The position numbers were made by a program, and so were the translations under genes. Positions 36,511 to 46,900 of a stretch of DNA of 64,000 bases are shown in pieces. Below the pieces are notes generated by a model, which searched no databases, had not been told where the DNA came from, and worked only from the letters and a program-made list of their open reading frames with translations. The DNA is taken from assembly GCA_964492775.1 (NCBI GenBank), contig CAZBLH010000008.1:452-64451 (forward strand), written 5' to 3'. The stretch is from an uncultured Eubacteriales bacterium (GTDB lineage Bacteria; Actinomycetota; Coriobacteriia; Anaerosomatales; PHET01). Positions within the stretch are counted from its first letter, which is position 1, and each line of letters opens with the position of its first letter.

Positions 36511-39500
36511 CTTCGGCCCGATCGGGCCCGGGTGCGCAGTGCGCAGACGAGCGGTGGCCCTGCTTGGCGAGGCCCGTGGGCGGCTCGGCCGAGGCATCGT
36601 GCCCGTAGTGGCGCTCCTTGGCGGTGGCGACCATGAGCTTGATTCGGTTGAGCTGGTTCGTCTGGCTGGCACCGGGATCATAGTCTATCGCGACGATGTT
36701 GGCCTCGGGGTGCAGCCGGCGAATCTCCTTGATGACGCCCTTCCCCACCACGTGATTGGGCAGGCACCCGAACGGCTGCACGCACACGATGTTGGGAACG
36801 CCCGCCGAGGCGAGCTCCCGCATCTCGGCGGTGAGCAGCCAGCCCTCGCCCATCAGGTTGCACAGCGACAGCACCTCGCTCGCCAGCTCGCGCAGCCGCG
36901 AGATGGCGACGGGCTCCTCGAAGCGCTCGCTGCGGGCGAACGCCGCTGACGCCGGCCGGCGCAGCGCCTCGAGCATCCCGGTCGCCGCCAGCGCAATCGC
37001 CTTGTCCTTGCGCGGCGTGCCGAGCACTGGCCGGTTGATGATGCCGCCGAGGCACGAGTAGATGAGGAACCCCATCAGGTCGCCGACGGTCGCCTCGCAT
37101 CCTTCGTCTTCGATGAGCTCGACGACCCGGTTATTCGCGTCCGGGTGATACTTCACGAGGATCTCGCCGACGACACCGACACGAGGACGCCGCTCGCCAC
37201 TGATGGGCAGCGCGTCGAAATCGGCGACGATGGCCCGCAGGTCCCTGCGGTAGGTGATCGGGTTGAACCGCTTATGGAGGCGAAGCTTCAGCCGCTCGTT
37301 CCAGGTCCGGTAGAGCGCCTCGGCAGAGCCCGGCTCGATCTCGTAGGGCCGCGTCCGGTACAGACAGCGCATGAGCGTGTCGGCATACACGATCGCGGCA
37401 AGGCCGTTCACGAGCAGCGGCAGGGTGATCGAGAAGCCCGGCGTGCGCTCCCCGGTGATCCCCGGGCTCAGCGAGATGACCGGCACGTGAGCCATACCCG
37501 CGTCGGCCAGGGCCTTGCGTAGAAGGCCGATGTAGTTCGTCGCTCGGCAGATGCCGCCCGTCTGGCTGATGAGCACCGCAGTGCGGTCCAGGTCATACTC
37601 GCTGGACTTCAGCGCCTCCATCAGCTGCCCGATTGCCATGAGCGCCGGGTAGCAGGCGTCGTTGTTGACGTGGCGCAGCCCTTCCTCGACGGCGCCCGGG
37701 CCGGCGGTCTCGAGCACCCGCATGTTGTAGCCCGCCGAAACGAAGGCCTCGCTCAGCAGGTCGAAGTGCATCGGCGCCATCTGCGGCACGAGAATCGTGT
37801 AGCGCTCGTCGCGCATACGCTCGGTGAACTGCGTCCTCGGCGCGGGCGTGAAGGCGGTGCTCTCGCGCCTCGGCGCTCCTGTGCGGTCACGCTCGTCCAG
37901 CGCGGCGACGAGCGAGCGAATCCTTATGCGCGCCGCGCCGACGTTGTTGATCTCGTCAATCTTGAGCACGGTGTGGATCTTGTGCGCCTGCGCGAGCACC
38001 TCGGTGACCTGGTCGGCGGTGATCGCGTCGATGCCACACCCGAACGAGTTCAGCTGTACGAGGTCGAGGTCGTCTCGGCTGGCGGCAACGGACGCTGCCG
38101 CGTACAGGCGGGTGTGGTAAGTCCACTGGTCGAACACGCGCAGCGGCCGGGGCGCGGCATCCATCCACGCGACGCTGTCCTCGGTGAGGACCGCAAGCCC
38201 GAGCCGAGCGATCATCGTCGGGATTCCGTGGTTGATCTCAGGATCGACGTGGTACGGCCGACCGGCGAGGATGATGCCGCGGCCGCCGTTCGCCTCCATC
38301 CACTCAAGCGCGCGCCGGCCCTCGGCACGCACGTCCTCCTTGAACGCCTCGTCGGCGTGCCACGCCTCGGCGACCGCCTCGCGAGCCGCATCGAGCGTCA
38401 CGCCCCAGTCGGCGAGCTCCTCGGCGAGACGCACCGGCAGGTACTCGCGGTCGTGGTACGGGAGAAACGGGTTGCGGAAGTCGACGTCCTTCTCGGCGAG
38501 GTTCTCGATGTTGAGCGCGAGCGCCTCGGGGTAGCTCTGGACGATGGGGCAGTTGAAGTTGTTGTCGGCGTGCGGGTCCTCGGCGCGCTCGAAGCGGATG
38601 CAGGGCATGAAGATGCGGCGTACGCCCCGCTCGATCAGGTTTTCGACGTGACCGTGGCTGAGCTTGGCCGGGTAGCAAACCGACTCCGAGGGCATCGAGT
38701 CGATGCCGTCCTCGTAGGTCGCCTTGGTGGTGGGGTCGGACAGCACAACGCGGAAGCCGAGCCGCGTGAACAACGTGAACCAGAACGGGTAGTTCTCGTA
38801 CATGTTGAGCGCGCGCGGGATACCGATCTCGCCGAGCGGGGCGTCGGCGGGCTCAAGCGGCTCGAAACCGAAAACGCGCTCGTACTTGTAGGCAAACAGG
38901 TCGGGCACTGCCGAGCCGGTCGCCGCGCCTACGACCAGCCCCTCGCCGCGCTCACAGCGGTTGCCCGACGTGAAGCGACGCTCCCCGTCGAAGCGGATGC
39001 GGGTAAGCGTGCAGGTGTTGGCGCAGCCTCGGCAGCGCGAGGTGCGCTGCTCGACGCGCAGCGACTCAAGCTCGGCCGGGGACAGCAGCGAACTCGACGA
39101 GTCCGTAGCCCGCTGCGCACGGTCGCGCGCGATGAGCGCCGCGCCCCACGCGCCCATGAGCCCGGCGATGTCGGGGCGCACGACCTCGCGCCCGGTGATG
39201 AGCTCGAAGGCGCGGAGCACGGCGTCGTTGGAGAACGTGCCGCCCTGGACGACGATGCGCCGTCCGAGCTCCGAGAAGTCGTTGATGCGGATGACCTTGT
39301 AGAGCGCGTTCTTCACGACCGAGTAGCACAGCCCCGACGCAATGTCAGCGACGCTCGCGCCCTCCTTCTGCGCCTGGCGCACGCGCGAGTTCATGAAGAC
39401 GGTGCAGCGCGAACCCAGGTCCACGGGGCTCTCGGCGAACAGCGACTCGAAAGCGAACCGCTCGATAGAGAGCCCAAGCGAGTTCGCGAACGTCTCGAGA

Positions 39501-40840
39501 AACGAACCGCACCCGGACGAGCACGCCTCGTTCAAGAGGATGCGGTCGATGACGCCATCCGAGAGGTGCAAGCACTTCATGTCCTGCCCGCCGATATCGA
39601 GCACGAAGTCGACGTCGGGAGCGAACTCGCGGGCGGCCCGCGCGTGCGCGATCGTCTCGATCTCGCCGGAGTCGACGCGCAACCCTGCGAGCAACAGCGC
39701 CTCGCCGTATCCGGTGACCGTCGAGGACGCGATACGCGCGCCCTCCGGCAGCGCGCGGTACAGCTCGCAGAGCGCCGAGCGCGCCGTCTCGATGATGTCA
39801 CCGTGGTTGGAGCCGTAATGCGTGTGCAGGAGCTCGCCGCTCTCGCCGATCACCGCCATCTTGAAGGTGGTCGAGCCGGCGTCGATCCCCAGGAACACGT
39901 CGCCCCGATACTCGGCCAGCTCCGAGCGGGGCACCGAGGCCTCGGCATGGCGGGCCGAGAACTCCGCGTAGTCGTCTTGCGACTCGAACAGCCGCGGCAG
40001 AACCTGCGAGTCGCGCGGCTCGTCGGAGAGCGAGGCGAGGCGCGCAAGTACCTCATCGAGGTCGACCTCGGCAGTCTCGCGGGAGGTAAGCGCCGCACCC
40101 TTGGCGACGAACAGGTGCGCGTCAGCCGGGCAGATCGCCTCGTCTTCGGCGAGCGAGAGCGTGGTGGCGAAGCGCCTCCGCAGCTGCGGCAGGTAGTTGA
40201 GCGGCCCGCCGAGAAACACGACCTTGCCCCGGACCGGGCGACCGCATGCGAGCCCCGAGATCGTCTGGGTGACCACGGACTGCAGAACCGAGGCTGCGAC
40301 GTCCTCCTTGCGCGCGCCGTCGTTGAGCAGCGGCTGGATATCGCTCTTCGCGAACACGCCGCAGCGCGCGGCGATGGGATAGATGATGGTGGCCCGAGCG
40401 GCAAGAGCGTCCAGGCCGGCAGCGTCGGTCTTGAGCAGCGCGGCCATCTGGTCGATGAACGCGCCCGTGCCCCCGGCACACGATCCGTTCATGCGCTCCT
40501 CGACGCTGCCGCGCAGGTATACGATCTTGGCGTCCTCGCCGCCGAGCTCGATGACCACGTCTGCCGAGGGCGCGAACTCGCGCACGGCCGCGCGCACGGC
40601 CACGACCTCCTGGACGAACCCGACGCCGAGACGGTCAGCGAGGCGCAGGCCCGCCGAGCCGGTGAGCACGAGGCGCACGGGGCTGCCGTCGGCGACCTCG
40701 CGTGCCTCGGAAAGCGCCTGCTCGACGGCGGCGCGCGTGTCCGAACGGTGTCGCCGGTAGCTCTGGTGCAGCACCCGGTGCCGCTCGTCAGTGATGACCA
40801 TCTTCACGGTCATCGACCCGATGTCTATGCCTATGTACAT
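36491..40840 (-). CDS. giant fusion protein: two BcrAD/BadFG (HgdC-like) activase ATPase domains + 2-hydroxyacyl-CoA-dehydratase-like/DUF2229-type domains
   Basis: ATG at 40840 (MYIGIDIGSMTVKMV). A second ATPase start is VFLGIDAGSTTFKMAV. A Cys cluster RCRGCANTC..GNRCERG follows, and the C-terminal half resembles a dehydratase D-component (VGVVGEILVKYHPDANN). Confidence 0.75.
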   Translation of the reverse strand: MYIGIDIGSMTVKMVITDERHRVLHQSYRRHRSDTRAAVEQALSEAREVADGSPVRLVLTGSAGLRLADRLGVGFVQEVVAVRAAVREFAPSADVVIELGGEDAKIVYLRGSVEERMNGSCAGGTGAFIDQMAALLKTDAAGLDALAARATIIYPIAARCGVFAKSDIQPLLNDGARKEDVAASVLQSVVTQTISGLACGRPVRGKVVFLGGPLNYLPQLRRRFATTLSLAEDEAICPADAHLFVAKGAALTSRETAEVDLDEVLARLASLSDEPRDSQVLPRLFESQDDYAEFSARHAEASVPRSELAEYRGDVFLGIDAGSTTFKMAVIGESGELLHTHYGSNHGDIIETARSALCELYRALPEGARIASSTVTGYGEALLLAGLRVDSGEIETIAHARAAREFAPDVDFVLDIGGQDMKCLHLSDGVIDRILLNEACSSGCGSFLETFANSLGLSIERFAFESLFAESPVDLGSRCTVFMNSRVRQAQKEGASVADIASGLCYSVVKNALYKVIRINDFSELGRRIVVQGGTFSNDAVLRAFELITGREVVRPDIAGLMGAWGAALIARDRAQRATDSSSSLLSPAELESLRVEQRTSRCRGCANTCTLTRIRFDGERRFTSGNRCERGEGLVVGAATGSAVPDLFAYKYERVFGFEPLEPADAPLGEIGIPRALNMYENYPFWFTLFTRLGFRVVLSDPTTKATYEDGIDSMPSESVCYPAKLSHGHVENLIERGVRRIFMPCIRFERAEDPHADNNFNCPIVQSYPEALALNIENLAEKDVDFRNPFLPYHDREYLPVRLAEELADWGVTLDAAREAVAEAWHADEAFKEDVRAEGRRALEWMEANGGRGIILAGRPYHVDPEINHGIPTMIARLGLAVLTEDSVAWMDAAPRPLRVFDQWTYHTRLYAAASVAASRDDLDLVQLNSFGCGIDAITADQVTEVLAQAHKIHTVLKIDEINNVGAARIRIRSLVAALDERDRTGAPRRESTAFTPAPRTQFTERMRDERYTILVPQMAPMHFDLLSEAFVSAGYNMRVLETAGPGAVEEGLRHVNNDACYPALMAIGQLMEALKSSEYDLDRTAVLISQTGGICRATNYIGLLRKALADAGMAHVPVISLSPGITGERTPGFSITLPLLVNGLAAIVYADTLMRCLYRTRPYEIEPGSAEALYRTWNERLKLRLHKRFNPITYRRDLRAIVADFDALPISGERRPRVGVVGEILVKYHPDANNRVVELIEDEGCEATVGDLMGFLIYSCLGGIINRPVLGTPRKDKAIALAATGMLEALRRPASAAFARSERFEEPVAISRLRELASEVLSLCNLMGEGWLLTAEMRELASAGVPNIVCVQPFGCLPNHVVGKGVIKEIRRLHPEANIVAIDYDPGASQTNQLNRIKLMVATAKERHYGHDASAEPPTGLAKQGHRSSAHCAPGPDRAEDEAVAV

Positions 40841-40932
40841 CTCGTTGCCGAGGCTCCACTGTCCGCGAGATACGTCCTTGCGAATGAAGCACCATACCAC
40901 CCGATCAGGGCAGCACGGCACTACTCGGAGAA

Positions 40933-41538
40933 CTACTCGACGATAGCGGTCTCACCCGTCTTGGCATCCACACCGATGGTCGAGGTCGTCGCGCCGCTGT
41001 CGCCCGGATCAAGGGCGACGTACCAGCGGAAGGCTTTCGACCCAGAGGTACTGGTCGAAGGGATGTAGGTCTGGAAGCCCATCACGTAGGCACGCGGATC
41101 ACCCTTGGCGCCGCTGGCTTCGATAGCCTTCTTGAGCGCGGCGTCCGAGTCGATCTTCCAGGTCTTGAAGTCGCTCGGCACCTCGTCCCACTCTTGTTCG
41201 GTGAGCCCACCGGTGCCGTACTCGGAGGTGCCGAGCGTCTGGCCTTTGGCGGCTATGACGAGGTAGGTCTTGTCCGTCTCTGGCGAGCCAAAGAGGTACG
41301 ACCACACCGGGGTGCTCGTCGTGCTGGCCGACTGAGCTGTCTGTACGACGAGGAGCTTCGCATCCGGTGCGAGCGAGGTGACCGCCGATTCAGCGACCGC
41401 GTAGTTCGCACGCGCCGTGTCGGTGGATACCGGCTCCTCGGCCTTCTCGCCACACCCGGTCAGGCCCGTCGCGACGAGCAGGAAGAGAACGGATACGGCG
41501 GCGACAGCGAACCACTTCGCCGAGCATGCACGATGCAT
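40933..41538 (-). CDS. lipoprotein, unknown function
   Basis: ATG at 41538. Signal peptide with lipobox (AVSVLFLLVATGLTGC). Confidence 0.6.
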   Translation of the reverse strand: MHRACSAKWFAVAAVSVLFLLVATGLTGCGEKAEEPVSTDTARANYAVAESAVTSLAPDAKLLVVQTAQSASTTSTPVWSYLFGSPETDKTYLVIAAKGQTLGTSEYGTGGLTEQEWDEVPSDFKTWKIDSDAALKKAIEASGAKGDPRAYVMGFQTYIPSTSTSGSKAFRWYVALDPGDSGATTSTIGVDAKTGETAIVE

Positions 41539-41858
41539 AGGTGAACTCGTCTCTAGTAGCACTGGGTACAGAACATCCCCCTACTATCTCATATCGCGAC
41601 TCTCCATCGCGGTATTGACACCTTCTCCTGCCGACAAGCCCAGGTCCCTCGTGCCAGTACAACTGGGGCGGCGCGACCGTTATGGGTACATAGTCTGGTA
41701 GCAGCGGGTTCCCGGGCTCCCTACTCAGGCGGCTGCTGCCACCAGTTCGCACATAGTCCGTCCCGAAGGGTGTGGCTTCCGGCATGGTCACACCCTTCGC
41801 CCTGCTCGGGGTCAGGACGCGTCCGCGATCGGGACGCGGCCTCAGCTGCAGATTCGCG

Positions 41859-43985
41859 CTACTTGAGCGCGCTCATCACCGCGTCGCGCACTGGTGCGGA
41901 GACTGCCGAGTACGAGCCGAAGCACTTCACCCGCTCGACAGCGGAGCCGTGCGCTTGAAGCGCCTTAAGCGTCGCGGGCGGAATCGGCATCGCGCGACCG
42001 ACAAGCAGCAGCACCGAGCAGCTCGAGCCGAGTACCGGACCCGCAACCAGCGCATCGGGGTAGTCCGTCCCGACCGCGAGGCCGACCTGCAGCCACGTCA
42101 TTTCGAACTCGGCGACCGATGCCTCGGCGATGCGCGCAGCGGTCTCGTAGCGGTCGTTACCGCCGATACGTGTCACATTCCCGCTGCCCAGACGTGCGCG
42201 GAGCGCTGCCTCAGCGGTGGCAGGTACCGCTTGTGCACCGCCCACGATGACCGCATGCGTAACCCCGGCTGGAAGCGTCAGGTCAGCTCGGACGGGATCG
42301 GCGAGCAGCACGGGCATACCGGCGGCGACGGCCACCGGCGATGCGCCGAGGGCATCGGGGTAGCCGGCGCCGGTCGCAACGACCGCCCCACCCTCGTAAC
42401 CCTCGCCGAGCAGCTCGATGGTCTCCTCGGCGATCCGCGTCGCGGTCCGGTAACGGTCGGCGCCGTTCAACCGCACTACCGTGCCGAGCGGCCGCAGCGC
42501 AGCCTCGACCTGTCGCGAAACGGCGCTCTCTCCACCGAGGACGTAGATCTTCTCGGCACCGAGCCGGCTGATCTCGGCCGCGACCTCCGCGGGCAGCGCG
42601 CCCTTGCGGGTGAGCAGCACCGGACCTTCGACCGCGCCCGCGAGCGCGGCGCCCGCCAGCGCGTCCGGGTAGTTCTCGCCGGTAGCGATGACCACCGTTT
42701 CCGCCCGCTTGAACGTGTGTTCAGAGGCCGCGACTGCGGTCTTGTAGCGGTCGGCGCCGCCGATAGCGATCAGCGTGGTCTCGATGGGGTCTGGCGGATC
42801 TGGTGGGTCCGGAGGATCCGGGGGATCAGGTGGGTTTGGAGCCTGCCAGGTAACGCTGCCGAGGGGCGCGATGTTGTCGCTCTCGTCGAACTCGGCGACC
42901 GTATGCGCGCCATCGGCCTCAAGCCACAGGTAGCGGATGCCGTACTCGGGCAGGGTTACCTCGGCGGTCGTCTCGAAGGTCACTCCCGCAGCCAGCGCAC
43001 CCACGTTGATGCGCGCAAGCTCGGTCGCGGCCGTATCGCCGTATGTCGGCCCCGGCGTCGCGAGCACGCGCGCGACCGTCGCCGGAGCGGGCTGCGCCGC
43101 CGCGGTGTTGGCGACGGTGAGCTCCACGGTCGCTCGGCCGGATTCATCGGCGGTGCGCGAGCGGCTGGGGCCTTGCGCGGCCAGGTTTGTGCCGACGCGC
43201 AGCGTTACAGGACCGGCAAGGTTGTCGGCTTCTGAGACCTCGGTGAGCTGCCCGGAGCGATCGGCGAGCGCCCAGACGCGGTAGGTTCCCGCAGCGAGGC
43301 CACCGGGGAGCGCGAATTCGACGGCCCGATCGCCATCGGCGGCATCCAACACGAGCGCGACGTCAGGCGCGTCGCCTGCTACCGGCGGCGTGGTGCCCTC
43401 GCGCACGTACAGCCCGAGGTCGACGGAGCTGCGCCGCACGTCCTTCATCGAGACCTGCGCCCCGAAGGAGAGCGCCTGTCCCTCTGCGGGATTCGTCGAA
43501 CCCGTGCCGAGGCCAGCGATGCCGACGTTCTGCTCGTCGACCTCGAACGTGAGGACGACCACGTTGTCGGCGGGGTTCTGCTCCTCTTGAGAGACGCTGT
43601 AGGCCTCGAGCCGCACCGTCTTGGTGCCCGGCGTCGTGAACTTCACGGGAATCCAGACCTCGGTCGAGTGAGGATAGTGCCCGCCGAGTACCCTCAGGTT
43701 CCACTTGCCGACGACGTCGCCCGTCGCCTCCAGCCACGGCGACTGCGAGGTCGCCGACTCCAAGCCGCCTTTCAGGTTGGAGACGTACACCACGATGGTA
43801 GCGCTCTGGCCGACACACAACCTCGTGGCTGTGGGGTAGGCGACCACCTCGAGATCGGGCATGTCGTCCTCGGACAGAGCGCGTGGGACGGCTCCCGCGG
43901 CGCTCGGCAACAGCCCGACGAATGCGAGCGCGAGGCTCAGCAGCACGCGCAGGATCCCCGCGCGCATTCGAGCCGCGTCAGGCAT
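41859..43985 (-). CDS. S-layer-like surface protein: signal peptide, Ig/CARDB-like beta repeats, (PPD)5 linker, three C-terminal cell-wall-binding-2 (CWB2) repeats
   Basis: Three copies of the IGGADRY.TA....E / YPDAL..A. motif (IGGADRYKTAVAAS, LNGADRYRTATRIA, IGGNDRYETAARIA). Start at ATG 43985 (overlapping the upstream stop by 8 nt) or ATG 43967. Confidence 0.75.
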   Translation of the reverse strand: MPDAARMRAGILRVLLSLALAFVGLLPSAAGAVPRALSEDDMPDLEVVAYPTATRLCVGQSATIVVYVSNLKGGLESATSQSPWLEATGDVVGKWNLRVLGGHYPHSTEVWIPVKFTTPGTKTVRLEAYSVSQEEQNPADNVVVLTFEVDEQNVGIAGLGTGSTNPAEGQALSFGAQVSMKDVRRSSVDLGLYVREGTTPPVAGDAPDVALVLDAADGDRAVEFALPGGLAAGTYRVWALADRSGQLTEVSEADNLAGPVTLRVGTNLAAQGPSRSRTADESGRATVELTVANTAAAQPAPATVARVLATPGPTYGDTAATELARINVGALAAGVTFETTAEVTLPEYGIRYLWLEADGAHTVAEFDESDNIAPLGSVTWQAPNPPDPPDPPDPPDPPDPIETTLIAIGGADRYKTAVAASEHTFKRAETVVIATGENYPDALAGAALAGAVEGPVLLTRKGALPAEVAAEISRLGAEKIYVLGGESAVSRQVEAALRPLGTVVRLNGADRYRTATRIAEETIELLGEGYEGGAVVATGAGYPDALGASPVAVAAGMPVLLADPVRADLTLPAGVTHAVIVGGAQAVPATAEAALRARLGSGNVTRIGGNDRYETAARIAEASVAEFEMTWLQVGLAVGTDYPDALVAGPVLGSSCSVLLLVGRAMPIPPATLKALQAHGSAVERVKCFGSYSAVSAPVRDAVMSALK
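42786..42838 (-). repeat. imperfect 9-nt tandem repeat encoding PNPPDPPDPPDPPDPPDP linker
   Basis: Minus-strand codons are cca cct gat / ccc ccg gat / cct ccg gac / cca cca gat / ccg cca gac. Synonymous variation between units argues against recent slippage. Confidence 0.8.
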
Positions 43986-46900
43986 CGGATGCTCCACCGA
44001 TCGCCGAGTCCAGCTCCGTCGGCTCGATCGCGAACAGCGCCACGTCGTCACGAAGGACCCCTTCACTGAACGCGACCACCACGCGCATGACGGCATCGCT
44101 CAGCTCGGCGGTCGGAATGTCGGAGTGGCGCCGCAGGGTCTCGACCAGCCCATCGTGACCGAAGAACTCCCCGCTCGGCGTCCTGGCTTCGGTGGCTCCG
44201 TCCGAGTACAGGAACAGCCTTTCGCCGGGCGCCATCACCATTTGACACTCGAAGTACGAAGCGTCCTCGAAGGCGCCAAGGATCGGGTCGCTGCACTGCA
44301 ACTCGTGGACTTGCCCGTCGGCGGACAGCATGAGCGCGGGTGGGTGGCCCGCAGCGACGTAGCGCAGGTGGCCGGTCTCGGTGTTGAGCAGCCCGAACCA
44401 GAGGGTGACGAACGAGTCGACCTCGGTGAGCCGGCGGATGATCACGTTCGCCTTTGACGCGACCTCGGCAGGCGCGAGCCCGTCGATGGCGAGCACGCGA
44501 AGCGTCGTGCGAATGAGCGAGGTGGTGACAGCCGCCTCAATCCCCTTGCCTGACACGTCGCCGAGCGAAAGCCCGACCAGTCCGGGGCGAACCGTGAAGA
44601 CGTCGATGAAGTCGCCACCCACGCGCCCGCTCTCGTACGTCGCGCTCTCGTACGCGCGCGAGAAGACGAGCCCGGGTATCTGCGCCCGCAGCACAACGAG
44701 CGTCTCCTGCAGCGCCTCGGCGATCTCGCGCTCACTCTCGTAGAGGCGCGTGTTCTCGATGACGATGCCGACCTCGGCCGCGATCGAACTGCAGAACTCC
44801 ATGTCGGCCGGGGCCGTCGACTGGGGCTCGCGCCACCCGAAATGCAGCCGGCCGATGGTCCTTCCTCGCGAGACGAGCGGCAGGATCACGTAGCATCCGC
44901 CGTCAATGCCGATGCACTCGCACACCTCGCGCCCCGGCTCGAGCGCGGCCGACGCGTCCGGCACGAACGCCGACTCGTTCGCCAGAAACTTCTGGAGCTC
45001 TCCATTGGGCGTCGCAATCGGAATTGCCGAGACGCCCGCGAGCGCGTCGGGCGGATAGCCGACGCTCGCGACAAGCTCCAAGTACTCGCCGCGTACGAGC
45101 CAAAGGCTCGCGATCTCGAAGTCGTGACGTTTCACGAGATGGTCGAGGATGCGCTGCGCCGAGGCCGCGACGTCAAGCGACGACACGGCGACCTCCATGA
45201 TGTCGTGCAGTGCCTGGATCCGTCGGCGGCGCTTCCGCTCGGCGGCGAACAGCTCGGCGTTCTGAATGCCCAGCGCCACCTCGGACGCGATCGAACGCAG
45301 GAGCGACTCCTCTTCGTCCTTGCGCTCGTGAGCCTCAGCGCGCACGAGCGTCAGCGTCCCCATGATGTTGCGCGACACCTGCAGCGGCAGCACCGCCATC
45401 GAGCCGACACCGCGCCTGAGGAGACGCTTGCGGGCGTTCGGCGAGAGAGTGGTATCGCTGGCAACGTCCGCGATGTAGACGGGAGCGCCGGTCTCGTGCA
45501 CGCGCACGACGGCGGTGGCGTCGTCGAGCGCATCGAACGAGACGTTCTGCAGCGCGCTGGATGGCAGTCCGAAGCTCGCGATCGGCTGCAGCACCTCAGA
45601 GGCGTCGTCAGGCACCATCACCAATGCGGCGCGCAGGCCGAGGAAGCTCGCGAGCACCGCGAGCTGGCGCTCGGCGACGAGGGAGCGATCGCGCGTCGTG
45701 GTCCCGATGTCGGCGATCCGGCGCAGGAGCGTCATCTCCTCGGCGCGCCGGGCCTGCGTCACCCGGGCGGCGTGCTCGGCCTGGTACAGCCGCGCGTTCT
45801 CGAGCCCGAGCCCGAGCGATGCCGAGAGAAGCCGGGCGAACTCCTGCTCCCGCTCGGTGTAGACATGCGTAAGCTCGTGGTGGCAGAAGAGCAGCAGCGC
45901 GGCGATCTCGCCCTGCTCGCACAGTGGTGTCACCATCATCGAGCGCACCGCGTGCTGCCGGTAGATTTCCGGGATCGTGGTCTCGTCCGCGTCGTCGACG
46001 ACCGCACTCGCCCGGGTTCTTTCGGCTTCGGACGCGGCCGGAAACTCGCCGTCGGTGATGCATAGCCCGATCGCGGACTCGGGGAACTGATGCACGTGTC
46101 GGATGACCCACTCGCCGTCCTCGCGCACGAGCAGTGTCGAGGAGTCGCAGCCAAGTGCGTCGGCGGCCTCGACCACCACGCGCGCGAGCATCTGGTCGAC
46201 GTCAAGCGTGGCGTGGACGCTGCGGTCGATCTCGCCGAGCGCCTCGCCGAGCCTCGTTGTCTCCCGCTCCCGCTGGAGGAGCCGCGCGTTCTCGATCGCG
46301 ATGGCGGCTCCTCGGGCAATGCTCGAGACCAGCTCGACCTCGCGCAGCCCGAACTCGTGTCGTTCGCCGGGCCTGTCGAGGCTGATCGTGCCGATCGCCT
46401 CCTCGCCAAGCATGAGCGGCACCACGAGCGCCAGGTGGCAATCGCAGTCCTCACGGAGCCTGAGCTGGGGCTGCTCGTCGTAGTCCACGATGGCCGACTC
46501 GCCCTGCTCCATCACCTGGAGGAAGTGTGGGGCGGGCCCCCGCAGGTGAGCGCATTCGATCGGTTCGGCACCGCTCGAGTCGGCCATGGCGATGGTGGTC
46601 AGCTTCCCGCCCACCTTGAGCGAGACGCAGGTCCTCACGCCCGCGACGATCTCCCGCATGACCTCGGACACGGCAGTCAGAATCGACTGGATATCATGCT
46701 TGCCTCCGAGCAGGATCGCGCTGCGCAAGAGCACCTGGGTGGACTGGAGCTCGCGGTTCGCCAGCTTGCGCGCGTTGCGCTCGGCGTCGAAGATCTGGCC
46801 GCACCTTAACGCGGAGGAGAAGCGGTTCGCGATCGTCGTGACGAACGAGAGGTCTTCCTCGGAGACCATGTTCGGCCGGTCCCACGCCAGCGTGAGCCCG

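Noticed and set aside
37670-41068. 1132-aa plus-strand ORF antisense to the giant activase-fusion gene
   Set aside because: Long stop-free antisense frames are expected in high-GC DNA. The translation is Arg/Ala/Gly/Val-rich low-complexity with no motifs, whereas the minus-strand frame has clear ATPase and dehydratase motifs.
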